Shown piece after piece: positions 13,701-29,163 of a stretch of DNA of 64,000 bases. Below the pieces are notes generated by a model. That model saw only the letters and a list, made by a program, of their open reading frames with translations, did no database searches and had not been told where the DNA came from. The position numbers and the translations under genes were made by a program. Source of the stretch: the human T2T-CHM13v2.0 reference genome, Homo sapiens; the NCBI RefSeq assembly GCF_009914755.1, contig NC_060925.1. One strand, given 5' to 3'. Position 1 is the stretch's first letter. Each line of letters opens with the position of its first letter.

Positions 13701-16700
13701 GATCATCATCGAATGGACCCGAATGGAATCATCATCCAACGGAAGCTAATGGAATCAACATCGAATGAATCGAATGGAAACACCATCGAATTGAAACGAA
13801 TGGAATTATCATGAAATTGAAATGGATGGACTCATCATCGAATGGATTCGAATGGATAAAATTGATTGAAATCATCATCAAATGGAATCGAATGGTATCA
13901 TTGAATGGAATCGAATGGAATCATCATCAGATGGAAATGAATGGAATCGTCATAGAATGGAATCGAATGGATTCATTGAATGGAATCAGATGGAATCATC
14001 GAATGGACTGGAATGGAATCATTGAATGGACTCGAAAGGGATCATTATTGAATGGAATTGAATGGAATCATCGAATGGTCTCGATTGGAATCATTATCAA
14101 ATGGAATCGAATGGAATCACCGAATAGAATCGAATGGAACAATCATCGAATGGACTCAAATGGAATTATCCTCAAATGGAATCGAATGGAATTATCGAAT
14201 GCAATCGAATGGAATTATCGAATGCAATCGAATAGAATCATCGAAAGGACTCGAATGGAATCATCGAATGGAATGGAATGGAACAGTCAATGAACTCGAA
14301 TGGAATCATCATTGAATGGAATCGAATGGAATCATCGAGTGGAATTGAATGGAATTATGATCAAATGGAATCGAATGTAATCATCATCAAATGGAATCAA
14401 AAATAACCATCATCAATTGGTATTGAATGGAATTGTCATCAAATGGAATTCAAAGGAATCATCATCAAATGGAACCGAATGGAATCCTCATTGAATGGAA
14501 ATGAAAGGGGTCATCATCTAATGGAATCGCATGGAATCATCATCAAATGGAATCGAATGGAATCATCATCAAATGGAATCTAATGGAATCATTGAACAGA
14601 ATTGAATGGAATCGTCATCGAATGAATTGAATGCAATCATCGAATGGTCTCGAATGGAATCATCTTCTAATGGAAAGGAATGGAATCATCGCATAGAATC
14701 GAATGGAATTATCATCGAATGGAATCGAATGGTATCAACACCAAACGGAAAAAAACGGAATTATCGAATGGAATCGAAGAGAATCTTCGAACGGACCCGA
14801 ATGGAATCATCTAATGGAATGGAATGGAATAATCCATGGACTCGAATGCAATCATCATCGAATGGAATCGAATGGAATCATCGAATGGACTCGAATGGAA
14901 TAATCATTGAACGGAATCGAATGGAATCATCATCGGATGGAAACGAATGGAATCATCATCGAATGGAAATGAAAGGAGTCATCATCTAATGGAATTGCAT
15001 GGAATCATCATAAAATGGAATCGAATGGAATCAACATCAAATGGAATCAAATGGAATCATTGAACGGAATTGAATGGAATCGTCATCGAATGAATTGACT
15101 GCAATCATCGAATGGTCTCGAATGGAATCATCTTCAAATGGAATGGAATGGAATCATCGCATAGAATCGAATGGAATTATCATCGAATGGAATCGAATGG
15201 AATCAACATCAAACGGAAAAAAACAGAATTATCGTATGGAATCGAAGAGAATCATCGAAGGGACCCGAATGGAATCATCTAATGGAATGGAATGGAATAA
15301 TCCATGGACTCGAATGCAATCATCATCGAATGGAATCGAATGGAATCATCGAATGGACTCGAATGGAATAATCATTGAACGGAATCGAATGGAATCATCA
15401 TCGGATGGAAATGAATGGAATCATCATCGAATGGAATCGAATAGAATTATGGAATGAAATCCAGTATGATCATCATCGAATGGACCCGAATGGAATCATC
15501 ATCCAACGGAAGCTAATGGAATCAACATCGAATGAATCGAATGGAAACACCATCGAATTGAAACGAATGGAATTATCATGAAATTGAAATGGATGGACTC
15601 ATCATCGAATGGATTCGAATGGAATCATCGAATAAAATTGATTGAAATCATCATCCAATGGAATCGAATGGTATCATTGAATGGAATCGAATGGAATCAT
15701 CATCAGATGGAAATGAATGGAATCGTCATAGAATGGAATCGAATGGATTCATTGAATGGAATCAGATGGAATCATCGAATGGACTGGAATGGAATCATTG
15801 AATGGACTCGAAAGGGATCATTATTGAATGGAATTGAATGGAATCATCGAATGGTCTCGATTGGAATCATTATCAAATGGAATCGAATGGAATCACCGAA
15901 CAGAATCGAATGGAACAATCATCGAATGGACTCAAATGGAATTATCCTCAAATGGAATCGAATGGAATTATCGAATGCAATCGAATGGAATTATCGAATG
16001 CAATCGAATAGAATCATCGAATGGACTCGAATGGAATCATCGAATGGAATGGAATGGAACAGTCAATGAACACGAATGGAATCATCATTGAAAGGAATCG
16101 AATGGAATCATCGAGTGGAATCGAATGGAATTATGATCAAATGGAATCGAATGTAATCATCATCAAATGGAATCAAAAATAACCATCATCAATTGGTATT
16201 GAATGGAATTGTCATCAAATGGAATTCAAAGGAATCATCATCAAATGGAACCGAATGGAATCCTCATTGAATGGAAATGAAAGGGGTCATCATCTAATGG
16301 AATCGCATGGAATCATCATCAAATGGAATCGAATGGAATCATCATCAAATGGTATCTAATGGAATCATTGAACAGAATTGAATGGAATCGTCATCGAATG
16401 AATTGAATGCAATCATCGAATGGTCTCGAATGGAATCATCTTCTAATGGAAAGGAATGGAATCATCGCATAGAATCGAATGGAATTATCATCGAATGGAA
16501 TCGAATGGTATCAACACCAAACGGAAAAAAACGGAATTATCGAATGGAATCGAAGAGAATCTTCGAACGGACCCGAATGGAATCATCTAATGGAATGGAA
16601 TGGAATAATCCATGGACTCGAATGCAATCATCATCGAATGGAATCGAATGGAATCATCGAATGGACTCGAATGGAATAATCATTGAACGGAATCGAATGG

Positions 16701-18938
16701 AATCATCATCGGATGGAAACGAATGGAATCATCATCGAATGGAAATGAAAGGAGTCATCATCTAATGGAATTGCATGGAATCATCATAAAATGGAATCGA
16801 ATGGAATCAACATCAAATGGAATCAAATGGAATCATTGAACGGAATTGAATGGAATCGTCATCGAATGAATTGACTGCAATCATCGAATGGTCTCGAATG
16901 GAATCATCTTCAAATGGAATGGAATGGAATCATCGCATAGAATCGAATGGAATTATCATCGAATGGAATCGAATGGAATCAACATCAAACGGAAAAAAAC
17001 GGAATTATCGAATGGAATCGAAGAGAATCATCGAATGGACCCGAATGGAATCATCTAATGGAATGGAATGGAATAATCCATGGACTCGAATGCAATCATC
17101 ATCGAATGGAATCGAATGGAATCATCGAATGGACTCGAGTGGAATAATCATTGAACGGAATCGAATGGAATCATCATCGGATGGAAATGAATGGAATCAT
17201 CATCGAATGGAATCGAATAGAATTATGGAATGAAATCCAGCGTGATCATCATCGAATGGACCCGAATGGAATCATCATCCAACGGAAGCTAATGGAATCA
17301 ACATCGAATGAATCGAATGGAAACACCATCGAATTGAAACGAATGGAATTATAATGAAATTGAAATGGATGGACTCATCATCGAATGGATTCGAATGGAA
17401 TCATCGAATAAAATTGATTGAAATCATCATCCAATGGAATCGAATGGTATCATTGAATGGAATGGAATGGAATCATCATCAGATGGAAATGAATGGAATC
17501 GTCATAGAATGGAATCGAATGGATTCATTGAATGGAATCAGATGGAATCATCGAATGGACTGGAATGGAATCATTGAATGGACTCGAAAGGGATCATGAT
17601 TGAATGGAATTGAATGGAATCATCGAATGGTCTCGATTGGAATCATTATCAAATGGAATCGAATGGAATCACCGAATAGAATCGAATGGAACAGTCATCG
17701 CATGGACTCAAATGGAATTATCCTCAAATGGAATCGAATGGAATTATCGAATGCAATCGAATGGAATTATCGAATGCAATCGAATAGAATCATCGAATGG
17801 ACTCGAATGGAATCATCGAATGGAATGGAATGGAACAGTCAATGAACTCGAATGGAATCATCATTGAATGGAATCGAATGGAATCATCGAGTGGAATCGA
17901 ATGGAATTATGATCAAATGGAATCGAATGTAATCATCATCAAATGGAATCAAAAATAACCATCATCAATTGGTATTGAATGGAATTGTCATCAAATGGAA
18001 TTCAAAGGAATCATCATCAAATGGAACCGAATGGAATCCTCATTGAATGGAAATGAAAGGGGTCATCATCTAATGGAATCGCATGGAATCATCATCAAAT
18101 GGAATCGAATGGAATCATCATCAAATGGAATCTAATGGAATCATTGAACAGAATTGAATGGAATCGTCATCGAATGAATTGAATGCAATCATCGAATGGT
18201 CTCGAATGGAATCATCTTCTAATGGAAAGGAATGGAATCATCGCATAGAATCGAATGGAATTATCATCGAATGGAATCGAATGGTATCAACACCAAACGG
18301 AAAAAAACGGAATTATCGAATGGAATCGAAGAGAATCTTCGAACGGACCCGAATGGAATCATCTAATGGAATGGAATGGAATAATCCATGGACTCGAATG
18401 CAAACATCATCAAATGGAATCGAATGGAATCATCGAATGGACTTGAATGGAATAATCATTGAACGGAATCGATTGGAATCATCATCGGATGGAAACGAAT
18501 GGAATCATCATCGAATGGAAATGAAAGGAGTCATCATCTCATGGAATTGCATGGAATCATCATAAAATGGAATCGAATGGAATCAACATCAAATGGAATC
18601 AAATGGAATCATTGAACGGAATTGAATGGAATCGTCATCGAATGAATTGACTGCAATCATCCAATGGTCTCGAATGGAATCATCTTCAAGTGGAATGGAA
18701 TGGAATCATCGCATAGAATCGAATGGAATTATCATCGAATGGAATCGAATGGAATCAACATCCAACGGAAAAAAACGGAATTATCGAATGGAATCGAAGA
18801 GAATCATCGAATGGACCCGAATGGAATCATCTAATGGAATGGAATGGAATAATCCATGGACTCGAATGCAATCATCATCGAATGGAATCGAATGGAATCA
18901 TCGAATGGACTCGAATGGAATAATCATTGAACGGAATC
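4749..18938 (+). repeat. Tandem duplication of 7,095 bp (four units, 2 copies); boundaries approximate
   Basis: Rare variants recur at offset 7095: GACACATC/GAAGAAAAT unit (ORFs 4940/12035), 9-bp deletion (6760/13855), CCAGCGTG unit (ORFs 10056/17151), GCAAACATC unit (11063/18158). Confidence 0.9.
9287..11062 (+). repeat. Representative canonical 1,776-bp unit: subunit A (468 bp), paralogous subunit B, then a non-duplicated remainder
   Basis: A starts at 9287 and B at 9755 (offset 468, seen in most units). Diagnostic A/B differences: TTGAATGCA/TTGACTGCA, TCTAATGGAAAGG/TCAAATGGAATGG, GGTATCAACACC/GGAATCAACATC, CTTCGAACGG/CATCGAATGG. Confidence 0.93.
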
Positions 18939-21709
18939 GAATGGAATCATCATCGGATGGAAATGAATGGAATCATCATCGAATGGAATCGAATAGAATT
19001 ATGGAATGAAATCCAGTGTGATCATCATCGAATGGACCCGAATGGAATCATCATCCAACGGAAGCTAATGGAATCAACATCGAATGAATCAAATGGAAAC
19101 ACCATCGAATTGAAACGAATGGAATTATCATGAAATTGAAATGGATGGACTCATCATCGAATGGATTCGAATGGAATCATCGAATAAAATTGATTGAAAT
19201 CATCATCGAATGGAATCGAATGGTATCATTGAATGGAATCGAATGGAATCATCATCAGATGGAAATGAATGGAATCGTCATAGAATGGAATCGAATGGAT
19301 TCATTGAATTGAATCAGATGGAATCATCGAATGGACTGGAATGGAATCATTGAATGGACTCGAAAGGGATCATGATTGAATGGAATTGAATGGAATCATC
19401 GAATGGTCTCGATTGGAATCATTATCAAATGGAATCGAATGGAATCACCGAATAGAATCGAATGGAACAATCATCGAATGGACTCAAATGGAATTATCCT
19501 CAAATGGAATCGAATGGAATTATCGAATGCAATCGAATGGAATTATCGATTGCAATCGAATAGAATCATCGAATGGACTCGAATGGAATCATCGAATGGA
19601 ATGGAATGGAACAGTCAATGAACTCGAATGGAATCATCATTGAATGGAATCGAATGGAATCATCGAGTGGAATCGAATGGAATTATGATCAAATGGAATC
19701 GAATGTAATCATCATCAAATGGAATCAAAAATAACCATCATCAATTGGTATTGAATGGAATTGTCATCAAATGGAATTCAAAGGAATCATCATCAAATGG
19801 AACCGAATGGAATCCTCATTGAATGGAAATGAAAGGGGTCATCATCTAATGGAATCGCATGGAATCATCATCTAATGGAATCGAATGGAATCATCATCAA
19901 ATGGAATCTAATGGAATCATTGAACAGAATGGAATGGAATCATCATCGAATGAATTGAATGCAATCATCGAATGGTCTCGAATGGAATCATCTTCTAATG
20001 GAAAGGAATGGAATCATCGCATAGAATCGAATGGAATTATCATCGAATGGAATCGAATGGTATCAACACCAAACGGAAAAAAACGGAATTATCGAATGGA
20101 ATCGAAGAGAATCTTCGAACGGACCCGAATGGAATCATCTAATGGAATGGAATGGAATAATCCATGGACTCGAATGCAATCATCATCGAATGGAATCGAA
20201 TGGAATCATCGAATGGACTCGAATGGAATAATCATTGAACGGAATCGAATGGAATCATCATCGGATGGAAACGAATGGAATCATCATCGAATGGAAATGA
20301 AAGGAGTCATCATCTAATGGAATTGCATGGAATCATCATAAAATGGAATCGAATGGAATCAACATCAAATGGAATCAAATGGAATCATTGAACGGAATTG
20401 AATGGAATCGTCATCGAATGAATTGACTGCAATCATCGAATGGTCTCGAATGGAATCATCTTCAAATGGAATGGAATGGAATCATCGCATAGAATCGAAT
20501 GGAATTATCATCGAATGGAATCGAATGGAATCAACATCAAACGGAAAAAAACGGAATTATCGAATGGAATCGAAGAGAATCATCGAATGGACCCGAATGG
20601 AATCATCTAATGGAATGGAATGGAATAATCCATGGACTCGAATGCAATCATCATCGAATGGAATCGAATGGAATCATCGAATGGACTCGAATGGAATAAT
20701 CATTGAACGGAATCGAATGGAATCATCATCGGATGGAAATGAATGGAATCATCATCGAATGGAATCGAATAGAATTATGGAATTAAATCCAGTGTGATCA
20801 TCATCGAATGGACCCGAATGGAATCATCATCCAACGGAAGCTAATGGAATCAACATCGAATGAATCAAATGGAAACACCATCGAATTGAAACGAATGGAA
20901 TTATCATGAAATTGAAATGGATGGACTCATCATCGAATGGATTCGAATGGAATCATCGAATAAAATTGATTGAAATCATCATCGAATGGAATCGAATGGT
21001 ATCATTGAATGGAATCGAATGGAATCATCATCAGATGGAAATGAATGGAATCGTCATAGAATGGAATCGAATGGATTCATTGAATGGAATCAGATGGAAT
21101 CATCGAATGGACTGGAATGGAATCATTGAATGGACTCGAAAGGGATCATGATTGAATGGAATTGAATGGAATCATCGAATGGTCTCGATTGGAATCATTA
21201 TCAAATGGAATCGAATGGAATCACCGAATAGAATCGAATGGAACAATCATCGAATGGACTCAAATGGAATTATCCTCAAATGGAATCGAATGGAATTATC
21301 GAATGCAATTGAATGGAATTATCGAATGCAATCGAATAGAATCATCGAATGGACTCGAATGGAATCATCGAATGGAATGGAATGGAACAGTCAATGAACT
21401 CGAATGGAATCATCATTGAATGGAATCGAATGGAATCATCGAGTGGAATCGAATGGAATTATGATCAAATGGAATCGAATGTAATCATCATCAAATGGAA
21501 TCAAAAATAACCATCATCAATTGGTATTGAATGGAATTGTCATCAAATGGAATTCAAAGGAATCATCATCAAATGGAACCGAATGGAATCCTCATTGAAT
21601 GGAAATGAAAGGGGTCATCATCTAATGGAATCGCATGGAATCATCATCAAATGGAATCGAATGGAATCATCATCAAATGGAATCTAATGGAATCATTGAA
21701 CAGAATTGA

Positions 21710-22772
21710 ATGGAATCGTCATCGAATGAATTGAATGCAATCATCGAATGGTCTCGAATGGAATCATCTTCTAATGGAAAGGAATGGAATCATCGCATAG
21801 AATCGAATGGAATTATCATCGAATGGAATCGAATGGTATCAACACCAAACGGAAAAAAACGGAATTATCGAATGGAATCGAAGAGAATCTTCGAACGGAC
21901 CCGAATGGAATCATCTAATGGAATGGAATGGAATAATCCATGGACTCGAATGCAATCATCATCGAATGGAATCGAATGGAATCATCGAATGGACTCGAAT
22001 GGAATAATCATTGAACGGAATCGAATGGAATCATCATCGGATGGAAACGAATGGAATCAACATCGAATTGAAATGAAAGGAGTCATCATCTAATGGAATT
22101 GCATGGAATCATCATAAAATGGAATCGAATGGAATCAACATCAAATGGAATCAAATGGAATCATTGAACGGAATTGAATGGAATCGTCATCGAATGAATT
22201 GACTGCAATCATCGAATGGTCTCGAATGGAATCATCTTCAAATGGAATGGAATGGAATCATCGCATAGAATCGAATGGAATTATCATCGAATGGAATCGA
22301 ATGGAATCAACATCAAACGGAAAAAAACGGAATTATCGAATGGAATCGAAGAGAATCATCGAATGGACCCAAATGGAATCATCTAATGGAATGGAATGGA
22401 ATAATCCATGGACTCGAATGCAATCATCATCGAATGGAATCGAATGGAATCATCGAATGAACTCGAATGGAATCATCATTGAATGGAATCGAATGGAATC
22501 ATCGAGTGGAATCGAATGGAATTATGATCAAATGGAATCGAATGTAATCATCATCAAATGGAATCAAAAATAACCATCATCAATTGGTATTGAATGGAAT
22601 TGTCATCAAATGGAATTCAAAGGAATCATCATCAAATGGAACCGAATGGAATCCTCATTGAATGGAAATGAAAGGGGTCATCATCTAATGGAATCGCATG
22701 GAATCATCATCAAATGGAATCGAATGGAATCATCATCAAATGGAATCTAATGGAATCATTGAACAGAATTGA
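21710..22772 (+). repeat. 1,063-bp deletion-variant unit, haplotype II
   Basis: Junction at 22456; markers AACATCGAATTGAAATG and CCCAAATGG. Confidence 0.9.
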
Positions 22773-25700
22773 ATGGAATCGTCATCGAATGAATTGAATG
22801 CAATCATCGAATGGTCTCGAATGGAATCATCTTCTAATGGAAAGGAATGGAATCATCGCATAGAATCGAATGGAATTATCATCGAATGGAATCGAATGGT
22901 ATCAACACCAAACTGAAAAAAACGGAATTATCGAATGGAATCGAAGAGAATCTTCGAACGGACCCTAATGGAATCATCTAATGGAATGGAATGGAATAAT
23001 CCATGGACTCGAATGCAATCATCATCGAATGGAATCGAATGGAATCATCGAATGGACTCGAATGGAATAATCATTGAACGGAATCGAATGGAATCATCAT
23101 CGGATGGAAACGAATGGAATCATCATCGAATGGAAATGAAAGGAGTCATCATCTAATGGAAATGCATGGAATCATCATAAAATGGAATCGAATGGAATCA
23201 ACATCAAATGGAATCAAATGGAATCATTGAACGGAATTGAATGGAATCGTCATCGAATGAATTGAATGCAATCATCGAATGGTCTCGAATGGAATCATCT
23301 TCAAATGGAATGGAATGGAATCATCGCATAGAATCGAATGGAATTATCATCGAATGGAATCGAATGGAATCAACATCCAACGGAAAAAAACGGAATTATC
23401 GAATGGAATCGAAGAGAATCATCGAATGGACCCGAATGGAATCATCTAATGGAATGGAATGGAATAATCCATGGACTCGAATGCAATCATCATCGAATGG
23501 AATCGAATGGAATCATCGAATGGACTCGAATGGAATAATCATTGAACGGAATCGAATGGAATCATCATCGGATGGAAATGAATGGAATCATCATCGAATG
23601 GAATCGAATAGAATTATGGAATGAAATCCAGTGTGATCATCATCGAATGGACCCGAATGGAATCATCATCCAACGGAAGCTAATGGAATCAACATCGAAT
23701 GAATCAAATGGAAACACCATCGAATTGAAACGAATGGAATTATCATGAAATTGAAATGGATGGACTCATCATCGAATGGATTCGAATGGAATCATCGAAT
23801 AAAATTGATTGAAATCATCATCGAATGGAATCGAATGGTATCATTGAATGGAATCGAATGGAATCATCATCAGATGGAAATGAATGGAATCGTCATAGAA
23901 TGGAATCGAATGGATTCATTGAATTGAATCAGATGGAATCATCGAATGGACTGGAATGGAATCATTGAATGGACTCGAAAGGGATCATGATTGAATGGAA
24001 TTGAATGGAATCATCGAATGGTCTCGATTGGAATCATTATCAAATGGAATCGAATGGAATCACCGAATAGAATCGAATGGAACAATCATCGAATGGACTC
24101 AAATGGAATTATCCTCAAATGGAATCGAATGGAATTATCGAATGCAATCGAATGGAATTATCGATTGCAATCGAATAGAATCATCGAATGGACTCGAATG
24201 GAATCATCGAATGGAATGGAATGGAACAGTCAATGAACTCGAATGGAATCATCATTGAATGGAATCGAATGGAATCATCGAGTGGAATCGAATGGAATTA
24301 TGATCAAATGGAATCGAATGTAATCATCATCAAATGGAATCAAAAATAACCATCATCAATTGGTATTGAATGGAATTGTCATCAAATGGAATTCAAAGGA
24401 ATCATCATCAAATGGAACCGAATGGAATCCTCATTGAATGGAAATGAAAGGGGTCATCATCTAATGGAATCGCATGGAATCATCATCTAATGGAATCGAA
24501 TGGAATCATCATCAAATGGAATCTAATGGAATCATTGAACAGAATGGAATGGAATCATCATCGAATGAATTGAATGCAATCATCGAATGGTCTCGAATGG
24601 AATCATCTTCTAATGGAAAGGAATGGAATCATCGCATAGAATCGAATGGAATTATCATCGAATGGAATCGAATGGTATCAACACCAAACGGAAAAAAACG
24701 GAATTATCGAATGGAATCGAAGAGAATCTTCGAACGGACCCGAATGGAATCATCTAATGGAATGGAATGGAATAATCCATGGACTCGAATGCAATCATCA
24801 TCGAATGGAATCGAATGGAATCATCGAATGGACTCGAATGGAATAATCATTGAACGGAATCGAATGGAATCATCATCGGATGGAAACGAATGGAATCATC
24901 ATCGAATGGAAATGAAAGGAGTCATCATCTAATGGAATTGCATGGAATCATCATAAAATGGAATCGAATGGAATCAACATCAAATGGAATCAAATGGAAT
25001 CATTGAACGGAATTGAATGGAATCGTCATCGAATGAATTGACTGCAATCATCGAATGGTCTCGAATGGAATCATCTTCAAATGGAATGGAATGGAATCAT
25101 CGCATAGAATCGAATGGAATTATCATCGAATGGAATCGAATGGAATCAACATCAAACGGAAAAAAACGGAATTATCGAATGGAATCGAAGAGAATCATCG
25201 AATGGACCCGAATGGAATCATCTAATGGAATGGAATGGAATAATCCATGGACTCGAATGCAATCATCATCGAATGGAATCGAATGGAATCATCGAATGGA
25301 CTCGAATGGAATAATCATTGAACGGAATCGAATGGAATCATCATCGGATGGAAATGAATGGAATCATCATCGAATGGAATCGAATAGAATTATGGAATTA
25401 AATCCAGTGTGATCATCATCGAATGGACCCGAATGGAATCATCATCCAACGGAAGCTAATGGAATCAACATCGAATGAATCAAATGGAAACACCATCGAA
25501 TTGAAACGAATGGAATTATCATGAAATTGAAATGGATGGACTCATCATCGAATGGATTCGAATGGAATCATCGAATAAAATTGATTGAAATCATCATCGA
25601 ATGGAATCGAATGGTATCATTGAATGGAATCGAATGGAATCATCATCAGATGGAAATGAATGGAATCGTCATAGAATGGAATCGAATGGATTCATTGAAT

Positions 25701-26324
25701 GGAATCAGATGGAATCATCGAATGGACTGGAATGGAATCATTGAATGGACTCGAAAGGGATCATGATTGAATGGAATTGAATGGAATCATCGAATGGTCT
25801 CGATTGGAATCATTATCAAATGGAATCGAATGGAATCACCGAATAGAATCGAATGGAACAATCATCGAATGGACTCAAATGGAATTATCCTCAAATGGAA
25901 TCGAATGGAATTATCGAATGCAATTGAATGGAATTATCGAATGCAATCGAATAGAATCATCGAATGGACTCGAATGGAATCATCGAATGGAATGGAATGG
26001 AACAGTCAATGAACTCGAATGGAATCATCATTGAATGGAATCGAATGGAATCATCGAGTGGAATCGAATGGAATTATGATCAAATGGAATCGAATGTAAT
26101 CATCATCAAATGGAATCAAAAATAACCATCATCAATTGGTATTGAATGGAATTGTCATCAAATGGAATTCAAAGGAATCATCATCAAATGGAACCGAATG
26201 GAATCCTCATTGAATGGAAATGAAAGGGGTCATCATCTAATGGAATCGCATGGAATCATCATCAAATGGAATCGAATGGAATCATCATCAAATGGAATCT
26301 AATGGAATCATTGAACAGAATTGA

Positions 26325-27387
26325 ATGGAATCGTCATCGAATGAATTGAATGCAATCATCGAATGGTCTCGAATGGAATCATCTTCTAATGGAAAGGAAT
26401 GGAATCATCGCATAGAATCGAATGGAATTATCATCGAATGGAATCGAATGGTATCAACACCAAACGGAAAAAAACGGAATTATCGAATGGAATCGAAGAG
26501 AATCTTCGAACGGACCCGAATGGAATCATCTAATGGAATGGAATGGAATAATCCATGGACTCGAATGCAATCATCATCGAATGGAATCGAATGGAATCAT
26601 CGAATGGACTCGAATGGAATAATCATTGAACGGAATCGAATGGAATCATCATCGGATGGAAACGAATGGAATCAACATCGAATTGAAATGAAAGGAGTCA
26701 TCATCTAATGGAATTGCATGGAATCATCATAAAATGGAATCGAATGGAATCAACATCAAATGGAATCAAATGGAATCATTGAACGGAATTGAATGGAATC
26801 GTCATCGAATGAATTGACTGCAATCATCGAATGGTCTCGAATGGAATCATCTTCAAATGGAATGGAATGGAATCATCGCATAGAATCGAATGGAATTATC
26901 ATCGAATGGAATCGAATGGAATCAACATCAAACGGAAAAAAACGGAATTATCGAATGGAATCGAAGAGAATCATCGAATGGACCCAAATGGAATCATCTA
27001 ATGGAATGGAATGGAATAATCCATGGACTCGAATGCAATCATCATCGAATGGAATCGAATGGAATCATCGAATGAACTCGAATGGAATCATCATTGAATG
27101 GAATCGAATGGAATCATCGAGTGGAATCGAATGGAATTATGATCAAATGGAATCGAATGTAATCATCATCAAATGGAATCAAAAATAACCATCATCAATT
27201 GGTATTGAATGGAATTGTCATCAAATGGAATTCAAAGGAATCATCATCAAATGGAACCGAATGGAATCCTCATTGAATGGAAATGAAAGGGGTCATCATC
27301 TAATGGAATCGCATGGAATCATCATCAAATGGAATCGAATGGAATCATCATCAAATGGAATCTAATGGAATCATTGAACAGAATTGA
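26325..27387 (+). repeat. 1,063-bp deletion-variant unit, haplotype II
   Basis: Junction at 27071; same markers as the 21710 unit. Confidence 0.9.
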
Positions 27388-29163
27388 ATGGAATCGTCAT
27401 CGAATGAATTGAATGCAATCATCGAATGGTCTCGAATGGAATCATCTTCTAATGGAAAGGAATGGAATCATCGCATAGAATCGAATGGAATTATCATCGA
27501 ATGGAATCGAATGGTATCAACACCAAACTGAAAAAAACGGAATTATCGAATGGAATCGAAGAGAATCTTCGAACGGACCCGAATGGAATCATCTAATGGA
27601 ATGGAATGGAATAATCCATGGACTCGAATGCAATCATCATCGAATGGAATCGAATGGAATCATCGAATGGACTCGAATGGAATAATCATTGAACGGAATC
27701 GAATGGAATCATCATCGGATGGAAACGAATGGAATCATCATCGAATGGAAATGAAAGGAGTCATCATCTAATGGAAATGCATGGAATCATCATAAAATGG
27801 AATCGAATGGAATCAACATCAAATGGAATCAAATGGAATCATTGAACGGAATTGAATGGAATCGTCATCGAATGAATTGAATGCAATCATCGAATGGTCT
27901 CGAATGGAATCATCTTCAAATGGAATGGAATGGAATCATCGCATAGAATCGAATGGAATTATCATCGAATGGAATCGAATGGAATCAACATCAAACGGAA
28001 AAAAACGGAATTATCGAATGGAATCGAAGAGAATCATCGAATGGACCCGAATGGAATCATCTAATGGAATGGAATGGAATAATCCATGGACTCGAATGCA
28101 ATCATCATCGAATGGAATCGAATGGAATCATCGAATGGACTCGAATGGAATAATCATTGAACGGAAACGAATGGAATCATCATCGGATGGAAATGAATGG
28201 AATCATCATCGAATAGAATCGAATAGAATTATGGAATGAAATCCAGTGTGATCATCATCGAATGGACCCGAATGGAATCATCATCCAACGGAAGCTAATG
28301 GAATCAACATCGAATGAATCGAATGGAAACACCATCGAATTGAAACGAATGGAATTATCATGAAATTGAAATGGATGGACTCATCATCGAATGGATTCGA
28401 ATGGAATCATCGAATAAAATTGATTGAAATCATCATCGAATGGAATCGAATGGTATCATTGAATGGAATCGAATGGAATCATCATCAGATGGAAATGAAT
28501 GGAATCGTCATAGAATGGAATCGAATGGATTCATTGAATGGAATCAGATGGAATCATCGAATGGACTGGAATGGAATCATTGAATGGACTCGAAAGGGAT
28601 CATGATTGAATGGAATTGAATGGAATCATCGAATGGTCTCGATTGGAATCATTATCAAATGGAATCGAATGGAATCACCGAATAGAATCGAATGGAACAA
28701 TCATCGAATGGACTCAAATGGAATTATCCTCCAATGGAATCGAATGGAATTATCGAATGCAATCGAATGGAATTATCGAATGCAATCGAATAGAATCATC
28801 GAATGGACTCGAATGGAATCATCGAATGGAATGGAATGGAACAGTCAATGAACTCGAATGGAATCATCATTGAATGGAATCGAATGGAATCATCGAGTGG
28901 AATCGAATGGAATTATGATCAAATGGAATCGAATGTAATCATCATCAAATGGAATCAAAAATAACCATCATCAATTGGTATTGAATGGAATTGTCATCAA
29001 ATGGAATTCAAAGGAATCATCATCAAATGGAACCGAATGGAATCCTCATTGAATGGAAATGAAAGGGGTCATCATCTAATGGAATCGCATGGAATCATCA
29101 TCAAATGGAATCGAACGGAATCATCATCAAATGGAATCTAATGGAATCATTGAACAGAATTGA

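Larger units (their letters stand above)
18691..27920 (+). repeat. Tandem duplication of 4,615 bp (1776+1776+1063, 2 copies); boundaries approximate
   Basis: Matching variant ORFs at offset 4615 (19130/23745, 19859/24474, 20402/25017, 21710/26325, 22178/26793); private AAACTGAAAA at 22914/27529. Confidence 0.92.
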
